Positions 1-9,672 of a DNA stretch of 64,000 nucleotides are shown here, piece by piece. This DNA comes from Brumimicrobium glaciale (lineage in GTDB: Bacteria > Bacteroidota > Bacteroidia > Flavobacteriales_D > Crocinitomicaceae). The notes below the pieces were generated by a model. That model searched no databases. It was not told the origin of the DNA and saw only the letters and a list, made by a program, of their open reading frames with translations. Each line of letters opens with the position of its first letter. The stretch's first letter is position 1. Made by a program: the position numbers and the translations under genes. The stretch is from positions 387,876 to 451,875 of the forward strand of contig NZ_SETE01000003.1 in the NCBI RefSeq assembly GCF_004152935.1, in the 5' to 3' direction.

Positions 1-217
1 AAAAGATATATTTCGAGGAACAAATTCAACTCTATTTAAATCCGTATGAAGTTTGTAGAAAAACACGAAGATTTAACAACCTTTCTCTTGGCTGATACGT
101 TTGAAAAAAAACAGAAATGTGTTTTTACTTTGAATTATAAATATTAGAAAAAAATAGTCTGCATCCTCCTTTTTACTTTGAATTCCTGCCGTACAATTAG
201 CGGGGATTTCATCATTA

Positions 218-1432
218 TCATTCGATGTCATCCTCCGTTAAAGTGAAATAATAGTAGGTTCCAGTATCATTATTTTCACGTTTATAGGTTCCTTCCAATT
301 GCTCTGTAAAAACCTCAATTAATTGTGTACCGAAGGTTTGTTCACCGTTTTCTTTCCATTTACCGTCATCAAAATAAGTCATATTAAAGCTTCGTCCTTC
401 GCCTGGACTTAAAGTTAACTCGATTCTGCCAGATTTAACAAAAGCGTGTTTCATTGTATTGCTCACCAGCTCATTTATTATCAAGCCGAGAGGAACTATA
501 TTTTTAGCACTTACACTTTTTAAACTTGAATTAACACTGAATTGAACATCTTTATCTACTGCTCCTGATTCAATAAGATTTTTAATTAAAGTACTCAGGT
601 AATCCTTAATATCTATATCAATCAAAGACTCTTTTTCATACATTTTTTGATGAATTAAAGACATCGTCATAATTCTGGTTATCGCATCTTCAAAACTTTC
701 TTTAGCTTCTTCTGATACTATTTCTCTCGATTGCATTCTCAAAAGACTCACGATCACTTGCATGTTGTTCTTTACACGGTGATGAATCTCTTGGAGTAAA
801 ACAGTGTTTTCTTTATTTTGATGCTCTACTATTTGTTTTTCCGAGTTCAATTCTTCATACGCTTCAGAAGCACGTTTGTAGGCATATTTATTAATCAATC
901 CATATTGAAACATCACATAACCAATCAGAAACATAGCAATTGTAAACTCAATAGACAGCAAAAGAAGTGCATCTGGTCTTATGGTGAGGCTAATATGCGC
1001 TGTTCCTGCAAATTGAAAATTATAATATATTCCGTAAAATATTGAGTTGATAAGCAAGTAGAAGCTTCCCCAACCATTTCCTAATGTAAAAAATGTAGAA
1101 AGGATTAATACAACCATCCACAATGCTTCTTGGAGATGCAAAGACTCAGGAACAGTAAAAATTGCCAAGCCCAAAACTATAGAAATTGTGAAATAAAGGA
1201 CTTTGGCTACTTGTCTATAGGACCTTAAATATTTTAAGAAAAAAAGACTGCCTACGGTAATAAAAAAGACTATGGCATAGTATACAAAAAATCGATCTTC
1301 AATGATATAAGTAAAAACCGTCATTACAAATCCCACAATCGTAAAGACGAAATTTATACGCCATACAAAATTGAATCTTGCTTTTTCTTGAAAACTAGAA
1401 AGTATGTTGTCCGGTGTCATTAATAGACTCAT
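218..1432 (-). CDS. Membrane sensor histidine kinase, HisKA_2 type (polytopic N-terminal sensor, HisKA_2 H-box HHRVKNN, HATPase_c)
   Basis: 404-aa ORF. About six N-terminal TM helices, the H-box motif EIHHRVKNNMQVIVSLL, and a C-terminal ATPase region with ELVSNTMKHAF. Paralogue of 1575..2789. Confidence 0.8.
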   Translation of the reverse strand: MSLLMTPDNILSSFQEKARFNFVWRINFVFTIVGFVMTVFTYIIEDRFFVYYAIVFFITVGSLFFLKYLRSYRQVAKVLYFTISIVLGLAIFTVPESLHLQEALWMVVLILSTFFTLGNGWGSFYLLINSIFYGIYYNFQFAGTAHISLTIRPDALLLLSIEFTIAMFLIGYVMFQYGLINKYAYKRASEAYEELNSEKQIVEHQNKENTVLLQEIHHRVKNNMQVIVSLLRMQSREIVSEEAKESFEDAITRIMTMSLIHQKMYEKESLIDIDIKDYLSTLIKNLIESGAVDKDVQFSVNSSLKSVSAKNIVPLGLIINELVSNTMKHAFVKSGRIELTLSPGEGRSFNMTYFDDGKWKENGEQTFGTQLIEVFTEQLEGTYKRENNDTGTYYYFTLTEDDIE

Positions 1433-1574
1433 AAACGGATAGTTGGTTATTTAAACTGTTGAATTTCAAACGCTTTTAATTTGAAATTTAATTTCGACAT
1501 AAATATACAGTTTTTACTTTTAGCACATCAGTAAAGCAATGTTTCATTTTACATAATTGCTGTTTTTTTTGAAA

Positions 1575-2789
1575 TTACATAATCACTTCATCAGTGAGTT
1601 CAAAATGATAATATGTTCCAATAGTTGCAATTTCTCTTTCATAAGATCCATCTAGTTGTTCTGTAAAAACATCAATTAATTGTGTACCAAAAGTTTTTTC
1701 TATATTTTCTTTCCAAATACCATCGTCAAAATACGTCATTTTAAAGTCGCCTCCTTCTCCCGGAGTTAAGGTTAGTTCTATTCGCCCTGACTTCTCAAAA
1801 GCATGTTTAATCGTATTACTCACCAATTCATTTATTATTAATCCCAAGGGCACTATGCTTTTAGCGCTCACACTTTTCAGCGTAGAATTAACAACAAAAA
1901 TGATGTTTTTATCTACCGAGCCTGTATCAATTAAATTTTTAATCAAGGTATTCAAGTAATCTTTAATATCAATATTCATTAAAGATTCATTCTGATATAG
2001 TTTTTGATGAATAAGTGACATTGTTAAAATTCGAGTGATGGCATCTTCAAAAGTTTCCTTTGCTTCTTCCGATTTTAATTCTCTTGATTGCAGTCTCAAT
2101 AAACTCACTATCACTTGAAGATTGTTTTTTACGCGGTGATGAATTTCTTGAAGTAAAATTGTTTTTTCTTTATTTTGAAACTCCACAATCTGCTTTTCTG
2201 CTTTCAATTCATCATAAGCGTCTGAAGTCTTTTTTACAGCCTGATTTATTAAAACCCCATATTGAATCATCACGAATCCGATTAGAAACATTGCTATTGC
2301 AAATTCGATGGATAAAACAAAAAGCTCATTTGAACTTATTTCGGCAATGAAATGCGCGTTAGGCTTAAAGACGTAATTATAGTAAAAGAAATAAACGATC
2401 GTATTGACAATCAAGTAAAAAATTCCCCAGCGATTTCCTAAGGTAAAAAAGGAGGTGAGAATTATAACGACCATCCACAATGCTTCTTGAAGGTGCAAAT
2501 ACTCAGGTAGGGCGAAAATGGCAAAAGAAACTATAGCCGCGAGTGTGAAATAAAATACAATAGCGACCTCTTTATAGGCTTTTAGAGACCTTAGCAAATA
2601 CGATCCTATTAAGCTGATTAGAAAAGCTACTAAATAGTAGTTAAAAAGACTATTGTCCTGTATGAAAGTGAATACAGACAGGAGCAAGCCAATGAATGCA
2701 TAACCAATAGTTATTCTCCAAACAAAGACAAACTGCGCCCGTTCTTGAAAACTGGGAAACTTATTTTCAGGTATTTTAAAAAAACTCAT
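1575..2789 (-). CDS. Membrane sensor histidine kinase, HisKA_2 type (tandem paralogue)
   Basis: 404 aa with the same architecture and length as 218..1432, and roughly 70% identical by eye. H-box EIHHRVKNNLQVIVSLL. Confidence 0.8.
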   Translation of the reverse strand: MSFFKIPENKFPSFQERAQFVFVWRITIGYAFIGLLLSVFTFIQDNSLFNYYLVAFLISLIGSYLLRSLKAYKEVAIVFYFTLAAIVSFAIFALPEYLHLQEALWMVVIILTSFFTLGNRWGIFYLIVNTIVYFFYYNYVFKPNAHFIAEISSNELFVLSIEFAIAMFLIGFVMIQYGVLINQAVKKTSDAYDELKAEKQIVEFQNKEKTILLQEIHHRVKNNLQVIVSLLRLQSRELKSEEAKETFEDAITRILTMSLIHQKLYQNESLMNIDIKDYLNTLIKNLIDTGSVDKNIIFVVNSTLKSVSAKSIVPLGLIINELVSNTIKHAFEKSGRIELTLTPGEGGDFKMTYFDDGIWKENIEKTFGTQLIDVFTEQLDGSYEREIATIGTYYHFELTDEVIM

Positions 2790-3091
2790 TAATGTTGTCT
2801 TTTTTAGCTTAAAATATAATATCCATGTGAAAAATAATTTGCTCTATACTATAGAAGGCATATTCCCACTTTTCAAATATAATGATTTTACAACCACAAT
2901 AATGATAAATAGATTCAGGTTTATAAAATGAAAGTGGTTTGAAAGCTGTATTCAACGCTAATCCAACCTTTAAAACTATTTCGCAATTATTAAAGCACTT
3001 CAGTTGGCGAGTAAGTTGTCATAGAGACTTGTTTTCTTTTTCAACCCTAATGTTAATAGTCGATACCTTCAGCTTTCTGTTCGAATTTTCT

Positions 3092-3099
3092 TACATTTG
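3092..3099 (+). promoter_or_regulatory. Candidate Bacteroidota -7 box TACATTTG upstream of the PLP-enzyme gene
   Basis: Matches the TAnnTTTG consensus 17 nt before the ATG at 3117. Inferred from the consensus only. Confidence 0.35.
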
Positions 3100-3116
3100 T
3101 ATGTATTAAAAATCAA

Positions 3117-4271
3117 ATGCAAGAAAAAACTTACAAGTTCGCAACTAAAGCTATTCACGCTGGAGTTGAACCTGATCCCACCACGGGAGCAATTATGACT
3201 CCCATCTACCAAACCAGTACTTACAAACAAGAAAAAGTTGGTCAACACAAGGGATATGCATATTCTAGAACATTAAATCCTACTCGTCACGCTTTAGAAA
3301 ATGCACTGGCAGAATTAGAAAACGCTAAATATGGCGCTTGTTTTGGAAGTGGAGTTGCTGCAATTGATGCTGTATTGAAAATGCTCAATCCAGGAGATGA
3401 AGTAATTACAACGGATGATCTTTACGGTGGTTCTTACAGAATTTTCACAACGATTTTTGCGAAATTTGGAATCAAGTTTCACTTCATTAAGATGGGTGAA
3501 TTATCTGAATTAGAGAATACAATAAATGAAAACACAAAGTTAATTTGGATTGAAACCCCTACCAATCCAATGATGAATATTATAGATATTGAAGCGGTTG
3601 CAAAGATTACTAAGAAATCAAATATCTTGTTGGCAGTAGACAATACTTTTGCAACACCTTATTTACAGAATCCTATCGATTTAGGTGCAGATTTGGTAAT
3701 GCATTCTGTAACGAAATACCTTGGAGGACATTCTGACGTTGTTATGGGAGCAATTGTTACCGACAATAAAAAAATTGCAGACGAAATTTACCGCATTCAA
3801 AATAGTTCGGGAGCAATCACTGGACCAATGGATTCTTTTTTGGTGTTGCGTGGATTAAAAACATTGCATTTACGTATGCAAAGACATTGTGAAAACGGTG
3901 AAATACTCGCTTACTTCTTGAAAGATCATCCGAAAGTGGACAAGGTTTATTGGCCTGGTTTTGAAGATCATCCAAATCATGAAATTGCGAAAAAACAAAT
4001 GCGTGGTTTTGGTGGAATGATTTCTTTTTCTTTGAAAGGAAACGATAGGAAAGAAGCACATTCAATTATGGAGAAATTTGAAATATTTACGCTTGCAGAG
4101 TCACTTGGTGGTGTTGAATCATTAACTTGTCACCCTGCGACGATGACACATGCTGCTCTTCCAGAAAAAGACAGACAAGAAGCAGGAATAGTAGATTCTT
4201 TGATTCGACTAAGTGTTGGAGTTGAAGATTCAGAAGATTTAATAAACGATTTAAAACAAGCTTTAGCTTAA
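3117..4271 (+). CDS. Cys/Met-metabolism PLP-dependent enzyme (cystathionine gamma-synthase / beta-lyase / methionine gamma-lyase family)
   Basis: 384 aa. N-terminus KAIHAG...TGA..TPIYQTSTY, and a PLP-lysine region HSVTKYLGGHSDV typical of the MetB/MetC/MGL family. Confidence 0.85.
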   Translation: MQEKTYKFATKAIHAGVEPDPTTGAIMTPIYQTSTYKQEKVGQHKGYAYSRTLNPTRHALENALAELENAKYGACFGSGVAAIDAVLKMLNPGDEVITTDDLYGGSYRIFTTIFAKFGIKFHFIKMGELSELENTINENTKLIWIETPTNPMMNIIDIEAVAKITKKSNILLAVDNTFATPYLQNPIDLGADLVMHSVTKYLGGHSDVVMGAIVTDNKKIADEIYRIQNSSGAITGPMDSFLVLRGLKTLHLRMQRHCENGEILAYFLKDHPKVDKVYWPGFEDHPNHEIAKKQMRGFGGMISFSLKGNDRKEAHSIMEKFEIFTLAESLGGVESLTCHPATMTHAALPEKDRQEAGIVDSLIRLSVGVEDSEDLINDLKQALA

Positions 4272-4280
4272 AATACACAA

Positions 4281-4979
4281 ATGGGATTTAACAAATTTGC
4301 AGTAATTGGAGTTGGGAAATATGGTTCAAACATCGCCCGACGTCTTGCCGAAAAAGGAGCACAAGTTTTCGCTTTCGACAATAATGAAGAAAAAATTGAA
4401 AACATCAAGGATGATGTTGCATTTGCTGTGACGTTAAACAGTACAGATTTTAAGATCTTATCCTCTCAGAAATTGGAAGAAATGGATGCCGCTGTGGTAG
4501 CCATAGGTGAGAATTTTGAAGCTACAATTCTAACTGCAGTTCATTTAATGGATTTAGGTGTTAAGAGAATTATTGCACGTGCAAACGGAGCAGATCAAAG
4601 ATTAATTCTAGAAAAAATCGGTATTAAAGAAATCTTAACTCCAGAGGATGAGGTTGCTTTCGTTATTCGAGAGAAATTGCTGAACCCTTCAATTTTATCT
4701 TTCCTTCAGTTATCTGAGGAATATGAAATTGCTGAAATAAAACCTCCAAAAGGAGTACTCAATAGAACAATTCAAGATATTGATTTTAGAAATAAATATC
4801 AATTGACATTAGTAACCATGAGGCGCGAATATGACATTAAAAAGAAAGGTCAGTACGAGGTAGAACAACATGTTATTGGTGTTCCGAAAGGAGATACCGT
4901 AATTGAATCTCGTGATACTTTGGTGGTTTTCGGAACTGCAAAACACGTTCAGCGCTTTATTGACGTAAATGAATCATGA
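4281..4979 (+). CDS. TrkA/KtrA-like regulatory protein (TrkA-N Rossmann domain + TrkA-C)
   Basis: 232 aa with the motif AVIGVGKYGSNIARRL (GxGxxG). Immediately downstream of the PLP enzyme. Confidence 0.7.
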   Translation: MGFNKFAVIGVGKYGSNIARRLAEKGAQVFAFDNNEEKIENIKDDVAFAVTLNSTDFKILSSQKLEEMDAAVVAIGENFEATILTAVHLMDLGVKRIIARANGADQRLILEKIGIKEILTPEDEVAFVIREKLLNPSILSFLQLSEEYEIAEIKPPKGVLNRTIQDIDFRNKYQLTLVTMRREYDIKKKGQYEVEQHVIGVPKGDTVIESRDTLVVFGTAKHVQRFIDVNES

Positions 4980-5683
4980 TTTATATAATAACAGGAACAT
5001 CATCGGGAATAGGAAAAGCCTTAGCCCATTTTTACTTAGAAAAAGGAGAAAAAGTAATCGGAATTTCGAGAAACAATTCCATTACAGACGATAATTTCAC
5101 GCATGTAATGTGTGATTTATCAGACAAACACCAATTGCATGATCTTGCACTTTTAGATCTTGTCTCAAAAGACAACTTCCCAATTCGTTTAATTAACAAT
5201 GCAGGAATCATCGGAGATATTAAAAGATCGCATGAATTAACGTTGACGCATTATGTGGATATGGCAATGGTTAATCTTGTTGCTCCACAATATCTTTGTA
5301 GCTATGCTTTATCGACGTTTGGTTTTGAAAATGTAGATACAATTGTAAACATAACTTCTGGTGCAGCTCAGCGCCCTGTTCCATCTTGGGGTTCTTATTG
5401 TGCCACCAAAGCAGCGATGGATATATTTGCTGAAACCCTAAATGAAGAAATCAAAGAATTAGGCAAATCAACGAAAATTTTCAATATAGCGCCAGGTGTT
5501 GTAGACACGCGTATGCAAGAAGCTATTCGCGGAAGTGGAGCACAAAACTTTTCTGGTCACCAAAATTTTGTTGATTTAAAAGAAAATAATGAGCTGAGAA
5601 GTCCAGAGGAAGTGGCGGTTTTAATTGATGCATTTATCAATGAAGAACACCCGGAAGAAGAAGGAGTGATTTGGAGAATTTGA
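4976..5683 (+). CDS. Short-chain dehydrogenase/reductase (SDR) family oxidoreductase
   Basis: 235 aa. TGTSSGIG glycine motif, NNAG, and a YxxxK catalytic pair (YCATKAA). Start overlaps the TrkA-like stop by 4 nt. Confidence 0.8.
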   Translation: MIYIITGTSSGIGKALAHFYLEKGEKVIGISRNNSITDDNFTHVMCDLSDKHQLHDLALLDLVSKDNFPIRLINNAGIIGDIKRSHELTLTHYVDMAMVNLVAPQYLCSYALSTFGFENVDTIVNITSGAAQRPVPSWGSYCATKAAMDIFAETLNEEIKELGKSTKIFNIAPGVVDTRMQEAIRGSGAQNFSGHQNFVDLKENNELRSPEEVAVLIDAFINEEHPEEEGVIWRI

Positions 5684-5685
5684 AA

Positions 5686-5750
5686 ATTAATGGTTAACGT
5701 GAAATAATGGTTAATGTTTAATTGTTAATGTTTAACGAGGTTTTGTTTGA
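5686..5750. repeat. Short AT-rich intergenic repeat (family B; core TTAATGTTTAACGAGG); second copy at 15946..16010
   Basis: An exact 16-mer ttaatgtttaacgagg plus flanking aatggttaa and aattgttaat motifs are shared with 15946..16010. Both copies begin right after the stop of a + strand gene in a convergent intergenic region. Confidence 0.6.
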
Positions 5751-5936
5751 AAATTAGATGGTTACATGTTGTTTTAAAACGAATTTTGTGGAATCATTTT
5801 TTTGGTTTTGATCTGTTTTTAATACAAAAGAGATCCTCTGTCAACTAACGAGATCCCTTGTTAAAATTCTTTTCCAACAAGTTGAAAAAAGAATTTTAAC
5901 AAGGGATGACAGTCGGAGGTGGGTTATTTTGAAAAA

Positions 5937-5985
5937 AGGGGAGAAAAAGTTGATGCTCTGCATCAACTTTTTCTCCCCTTTTTTC
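5937..5985. terminator. Bidirectional rho-independent terminator (18-bp perfect stem flanked by A-run and T-run)
   Basis: ggggagaaaaagttgatg ctctg catcaactttttctcccc followed by ttttttc, and preceded by aaaaaa on the other strand. Two further long hairpins lie at 5855..5905 and 6006..6058. Confidence 0.7.
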
Positions 5986-6234
5986 ACTCCAAAACTACTA
6001 TAGACTGTCATCCTACCTATTTGTGAAATCATTGATTTTACAAATGGGTAGGATCTTGTTGGAGAGCGAAGCCTAGTGCCATTATTGAAATTTTTCAATT
6101 TAAAAATCCATAAGCAATGGTTGAGTTCTGGTCTACCACTTTTGGAGAACTAAAACATAATCAAACCATTGATGAACTAAATCTAAAACACCAAGCACAC
6201 AATCTGATAATTATCAATTGTCCATTGTTAATTA

Positions 6235-7227
6235 TCAATTATATTTAAAGCTTACTCTTTTTACCGGAACTTTTCTCAAAGTGTCATCTGCGTTGAAAAA
6301 ATTAAGTTCACTTGGAAGAAAATTCTTGTACTTTATAATTCCTAAATCACTGTGTAGAAATTCATCGCTGGCAGAAACTAAACTGTCTTTGATACTCATT
6401 AAAACTCCAGTAGAATCATAATCAAAACATCTTTTAGTGGTAAAATCTTTCGTGTGAAAACTTTGACTTTTTAAAGCTTTTGATGGATAATAAATACGGG
6501 ATTGTTTCAGGGATTTTTCTACTAGATTCACCAATGAAAAAGAGGAAAGATAATCTGTTGGAGAACCATAATAAAATAGGTGTTTTCCTTCTGGATTAAA
6601 GTTATGATCTATGTAGGAGACATTCCAATTTGCTGTGTCCAAGATGAAATAATGATAGATTTCTTTTTTACTGCTTTTGTCAACATATTTAAGTAGTTTT
6701 TCATCTGATTCTTCTAAAACTAATCTTTGATATTGCTGCAGTTCCTGTAAAGTATTCAATAATGAAATCATACTTTTTTCGCGGTATTTTACATTGCTAG
6801 AAACTGCTGGAGTTGAATACCCCAAAGAATCTGTTCCTGATTTGTAACTAAAAATGTGCTGCGCCAATTGAATTCCGTCAATAAATTCTGCCATGACAAC
6901 CTTTTTCACACTTCCTTTTTGATCAAAATTAATTTCTAAAGTTCTATAAGGCATTGTATCGGTAATGTTGACAATACTGTCTGTAAAATTGAAATTTGTA
7001 AATCCAATCAATATGGTTTTAATATCATTTGAATCGATTAATTCTTTGGAAAACCAAGTTGGAAAACTCATGTTTTTCCATCCATCAGCATTCATAACAC
7101 TCCAGTTTATCAATTGCGAAGTTAGCGGTGGCTCAATTAGAATCTCCTCTTTTTTTACTTCTTCCTGACCACAAGAATACAATAATGCGATTGAAAAAAT
7201 CAAAAGATATTTTATGCGAAATTTCAT
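6235..7227 (-). CDS. Lipoprotein of unknown function (lipobox LLYSC), translationally coupled to the upstream beta-CASP hydrolase
   Basis: 330 aa. Signal peptide plus Cys lipobox. Its ATG overlaps the TGA of 7224..8627 (ATGA). No recognisable catalytic motifs. Confidence 0.6.
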   Translation of the reverse strand: MKFRIKYLLIFSIALLYSCGQEEVKKEEILIEPPLTSQLINWSVMNADGWKNMSFPTWFSKELIDSNDIKTILIGFTNFNFTDSIVNITDTMPYRTLEINFDQKGSVKKVVMAEFIDGIQLAQHIFSYKSGTDSLGYSTPAVSSNVKYREKSMISLLNTLQELQQYQRLVLEESDEKLLKYVDKSSKKEIYHYFILDTANWNVSYIDHNFNPEGKHLFYYGSPTDYLSSFSLVNLVEKSLKQSRIYYPSKALKSQSFHTKDFTTKRCFDYDSTGVLMSIKDSLVSASDEFLHSDLGIIKYKNFLPSELNFFNADDTLRKVPVKRVSFKYN

Positions 7228-8627
7228 GTTTCAAAGGTCATGTTTTTATCAGGAATAACCACATTATGGTAGCCATTTTCTTTTAAATGTTTTTTGAAGT
7301 GAACGGCAACTTCTTCCTCACCATGAACTAAGAACAAACGTTTTAATTTCCCTGAATTATTTCCTGACAAATAACGAATCATTTCGTTGTAGTCTGCATG
7401 GGCACTCAAGGATTTAATGTATTCTATTTCGGCATTCACTTTTCTTTCATCTCCAAAAATAGTGACTACTTTATCGCCTCTTTGTAAACGTCCAGCCAAT
7501 GAATTTGGCTCAGCATATCCAACAAAAAGAATGGTGTTTTTAGCTTTTTCTAGTGCATGATAAATATGGTGTTTCACCCTTCCTGCGTCTGCCATTCCTG
7601 AAGCAGAAATTACAATACAAGGCTCATCCAATTCATTTATACGCCGAGAATATTTTTGTTCTTTAACGTAAATCAATTTTTTAAAACCAAATGGGTCGTG
7701 TCGGGTTCCTTTCTTAAAACGTGTAACCTCTCGGTTTAAAAGATGCGAATAACGGCGCATAATATCTGTTGCGTCAATTGCCAACGGACTATCTACAAAT
7801 ATTTTTACATCTGGAAGTAATCCATATAGATCCAATTTATTCAAAGCAAACACTAACTCTTGGGTTCGTCCCAAACTAAAAGCTGGAATTATTAATTTTC
7901 CTTTTTTATCTTTTAAAGTATGCAAAACAGCATTCAATAAACCTTGTTCTGCATCAACGGTATTGTCATGTAATCGATCTCCGTAAGTAGATTCACAAAT
8001 CACGTAATCTGCTTGAGGTGGAAGTTCAGGATTTCGCATTAAAGTAGCGTCGTATCTTCCAATATCCGCTGTGTAAAGTAAAGTATGTTTTTCGCTTACT
8101 TCGTCAATATTCAAATAAATGGCAGCACTTCCTAGGATATGTCCATTCGGAATAAATGTTGCTTTAATTCCTGAAGTTATTGCAGTAATTTCATTTTCCT
8201 TAACAATCACAAACTGATGTAAAGCTTGCTCAACATCTTCAAAACGATAAAGTGGTTCATAAGCAGCATCACCTTCTCTTTGGTGTCTTTTATTAGAATA
8301 AAGCACATCTGCTTCTTGAATATGCGCACTGTCCCGCAGCATAATTTCACATAATGCATGTGTGGCTTCGGTACAAAATATTGGCCCTCTGTAACCATCT
8401 TTTACAAATTTTGGAATTAATCCAGAGTGATCAATGTGCGCATGGGAAAGTAAAATAGCTGAAACGGAAAGCGGATCTGCAAAATCCTCCGAATTTAAAG
8501 AGTGCGTATCTTTTCCCATTCCTTGGTACATTCCACAATCCAACAATACCTTTGTATTGTCCCACAATTGAACAATGTGCTTACTTCCTGTAACTGTTTT
8601 GGCGGCTCCTGCAAATGTAATTTTCAT
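7224..8627 (-). CDS. Metallo-beta-lactamase fold / beta-CASP family hydrolase (RNA-metabolising MBL, RNase J/CPSF-like)
   Basis: 467 aa. HxHxDH motif (LLSHAHIDHSG) near the N-terminus, and a C-terminal beta-CASP region with a conserved His (LVHGEE). Confidence 0.8.
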   Translation of the reverse strand: MKITFAGAAKTVTGSKHIVQLWDNTKVLLDCGMYQGMGKDTHSLNSEDFADPLSVSAILLSHAHIDHSGLIPKFVKDGYRGPIFCTEATHALCEIMLRDSAHIQEADVLYSNKRHQREGDAAYEPLYRFEDVEQALHQFVIVKENEITAITSGIKATFIPNGHILGSAAIYLNIDEVSEKHTLLYTADIGRYDATLMRNPELPPQADYVICESTYGDRLHDNTVDAEQGLLNAVLHTLKDKKGKLIIPAFSLGRTQELVFALNKLDLYGLLPDVKIFVDSPLAIDATDIMRRYSHLLNREVTRFKKGTRHDPFGFKKLIYVKEQKYSRRINELDEPCIVISASGMADAGRVKHHIYHALEKAKNTILFVGYAEPNSLAGRLQRGDKVVTIFGDERKVNAEIEYIKSLSAHADYNEMIRYLSGNNSGKLKRLFLVHGEEEVAVHFKKHLKENGYHNVVIPDKNMTFET

Positions 8628-8931
8628 TTGTTGTGTTGTTTAGTAGTTCTTGTCTAGTGTCCATAAGAAAACTAGGCCTTTTCTAGTATTTGATAAGAAG
8701 ATTCCAAAGACAAGGCTTGTGATTCCGATAGCTATCGGAATTTTAATTGTCAGGAGTCCCCAATAATAGATTGGGGATGACTGCAATTTAAAACAAGCAT
8801 AACGCAGTATTTGTAGTTTTCTTGCAAAGACTATCTAAGGTAACACAAATGAATGAATAAAGGAAGGGAAATGTGGGGAATAAAAAAAAGTGCAGCTCTT
8901 TCAAACTACACTTTTAACACACCTTCTTATT

Positions 8932-9672
8932 TTACTTTAACTTTTCGGCACTTCTTTTTATTTTAGCTGCTCTCCACAAGTCGTAATAACTTTTCGTTTC
9001 TATGATAATTACGCCACCTGTTGTATCTCCATATTTTGCTGGAATTGCGCTAGAATAAATAGTAATTGCTCCGATAGCAGCACTGGGAATTGATTTCACT
9101 TCATCCATTTTTACTCCATCGATATAAGAAACGAGGTTATTCCCTCTAGATCCACGGATCATCATTTGTCCATTGTCGTCAATCTTTATATCAGAATTTC
9201 TGCTGCTGATTAAAGCTTTCATGTCAGATCGAACAGCACTTTGGGCGATATCTAAACTATTGATTCTTTCTTGACCAAAGTCGAAGCTAATTAAAGGATC
9301 TTGGTAATATCCGATTTTATCAAAACCTTCTATTTCCATTACCTTGTCTTTAAAGTTAATTCGACCTAAATTTTCTATTCCATCTGCCACCACTTTAGCA
9401 TAAATGGTTTGAGAAATAGTGTCCGATAAGTAGTTCACTTTTAGCACATACATTCCTGTTGGAATAGAATTAATTTTAAATCTTCCATTTTCATCTGTGT
9501 CGGCCCCAAATTTTGTGGCACCTCTTTCCACCCAAACTTTGGCGAAAATTGCTGGTTTTTCTGTATCTGGATCTTCAAAAATTTGTCCTTGAATATCTCC
9601 AACCGCTCCTTGAGCAACTGCAAAATTCACAAAGAACATTGCTGCGATAACTTTCATTATTGTTTTCATCAT
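8932..9672 (-). CDS. Carboxypeptidase-regulatory-like + TonB-dependent-receptor plug domain protein, apparently lacking the beta-barrel (possible truncated TBDR)
   Basis: Only ~246 aa from the likely start MMKTIMKV, against ~700-1000 aa for a full TBDR. The ORF-track start at 9699 is probably an upstream extension. Signal peptide and a plug-like region (MIRGSRGNNLVSYIDGVKM). Only ~300 bp of palindrome-rich non-coding DNA follows. Confidence 0.5.
   Translation of the reverse strand: MMKTIMKVIAAMFFVNFAVAQGAVGDIQGQIFEDPDTEKPAIFAKVWVERGATKFGADTDENGRFKINSIPTGMYVLKVNYLSDTISQTIYAKVVADGIENLGRINFKDKVMEIEGFDKIGYYQDPLISFDFGQERINSLDIAQSAVRSDMKALISSRNSDIKIDDNGQMMIRGSRGNNLVSYIDGVKMDEVKSIPSAAIGAITIYSSAIPAKYGDTTGGVIIIETKSYYDLWRAAKIKRSAEKLK

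Noticed and set aside
2790-3116. Possible SAM riboswitch upstream of the Cys/Met PLP enzyme gene
   Set aside because: Bacteroidota often place SAM-II or SAM-I elements upstream of met genes. No SAM-I (GGTGGAGGGA...) or SAM-II pseudoknot signature is visible, and the best TAnnTTTG box sits only 17 nt from the ATG, leaving no room for an aptamer. An Infernal scan would settle it.
818-4278. Small ORFs nested inside or antisense to the kinase and PLP-enzyme genes (818..1045, 2060..2350, 3817..4065, 3870..4061, 4087..4278)
   Set aside because: They are fully embedded in much longer ORFs that are well supported by domains, and their translations are low complexity.
5841-6098. 85-aa minus-strand ORF
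   Set aside because: It spans the three long hairpins and the terminator of the convergent intergenic region, so it is structural RNA/DNA and not coding.
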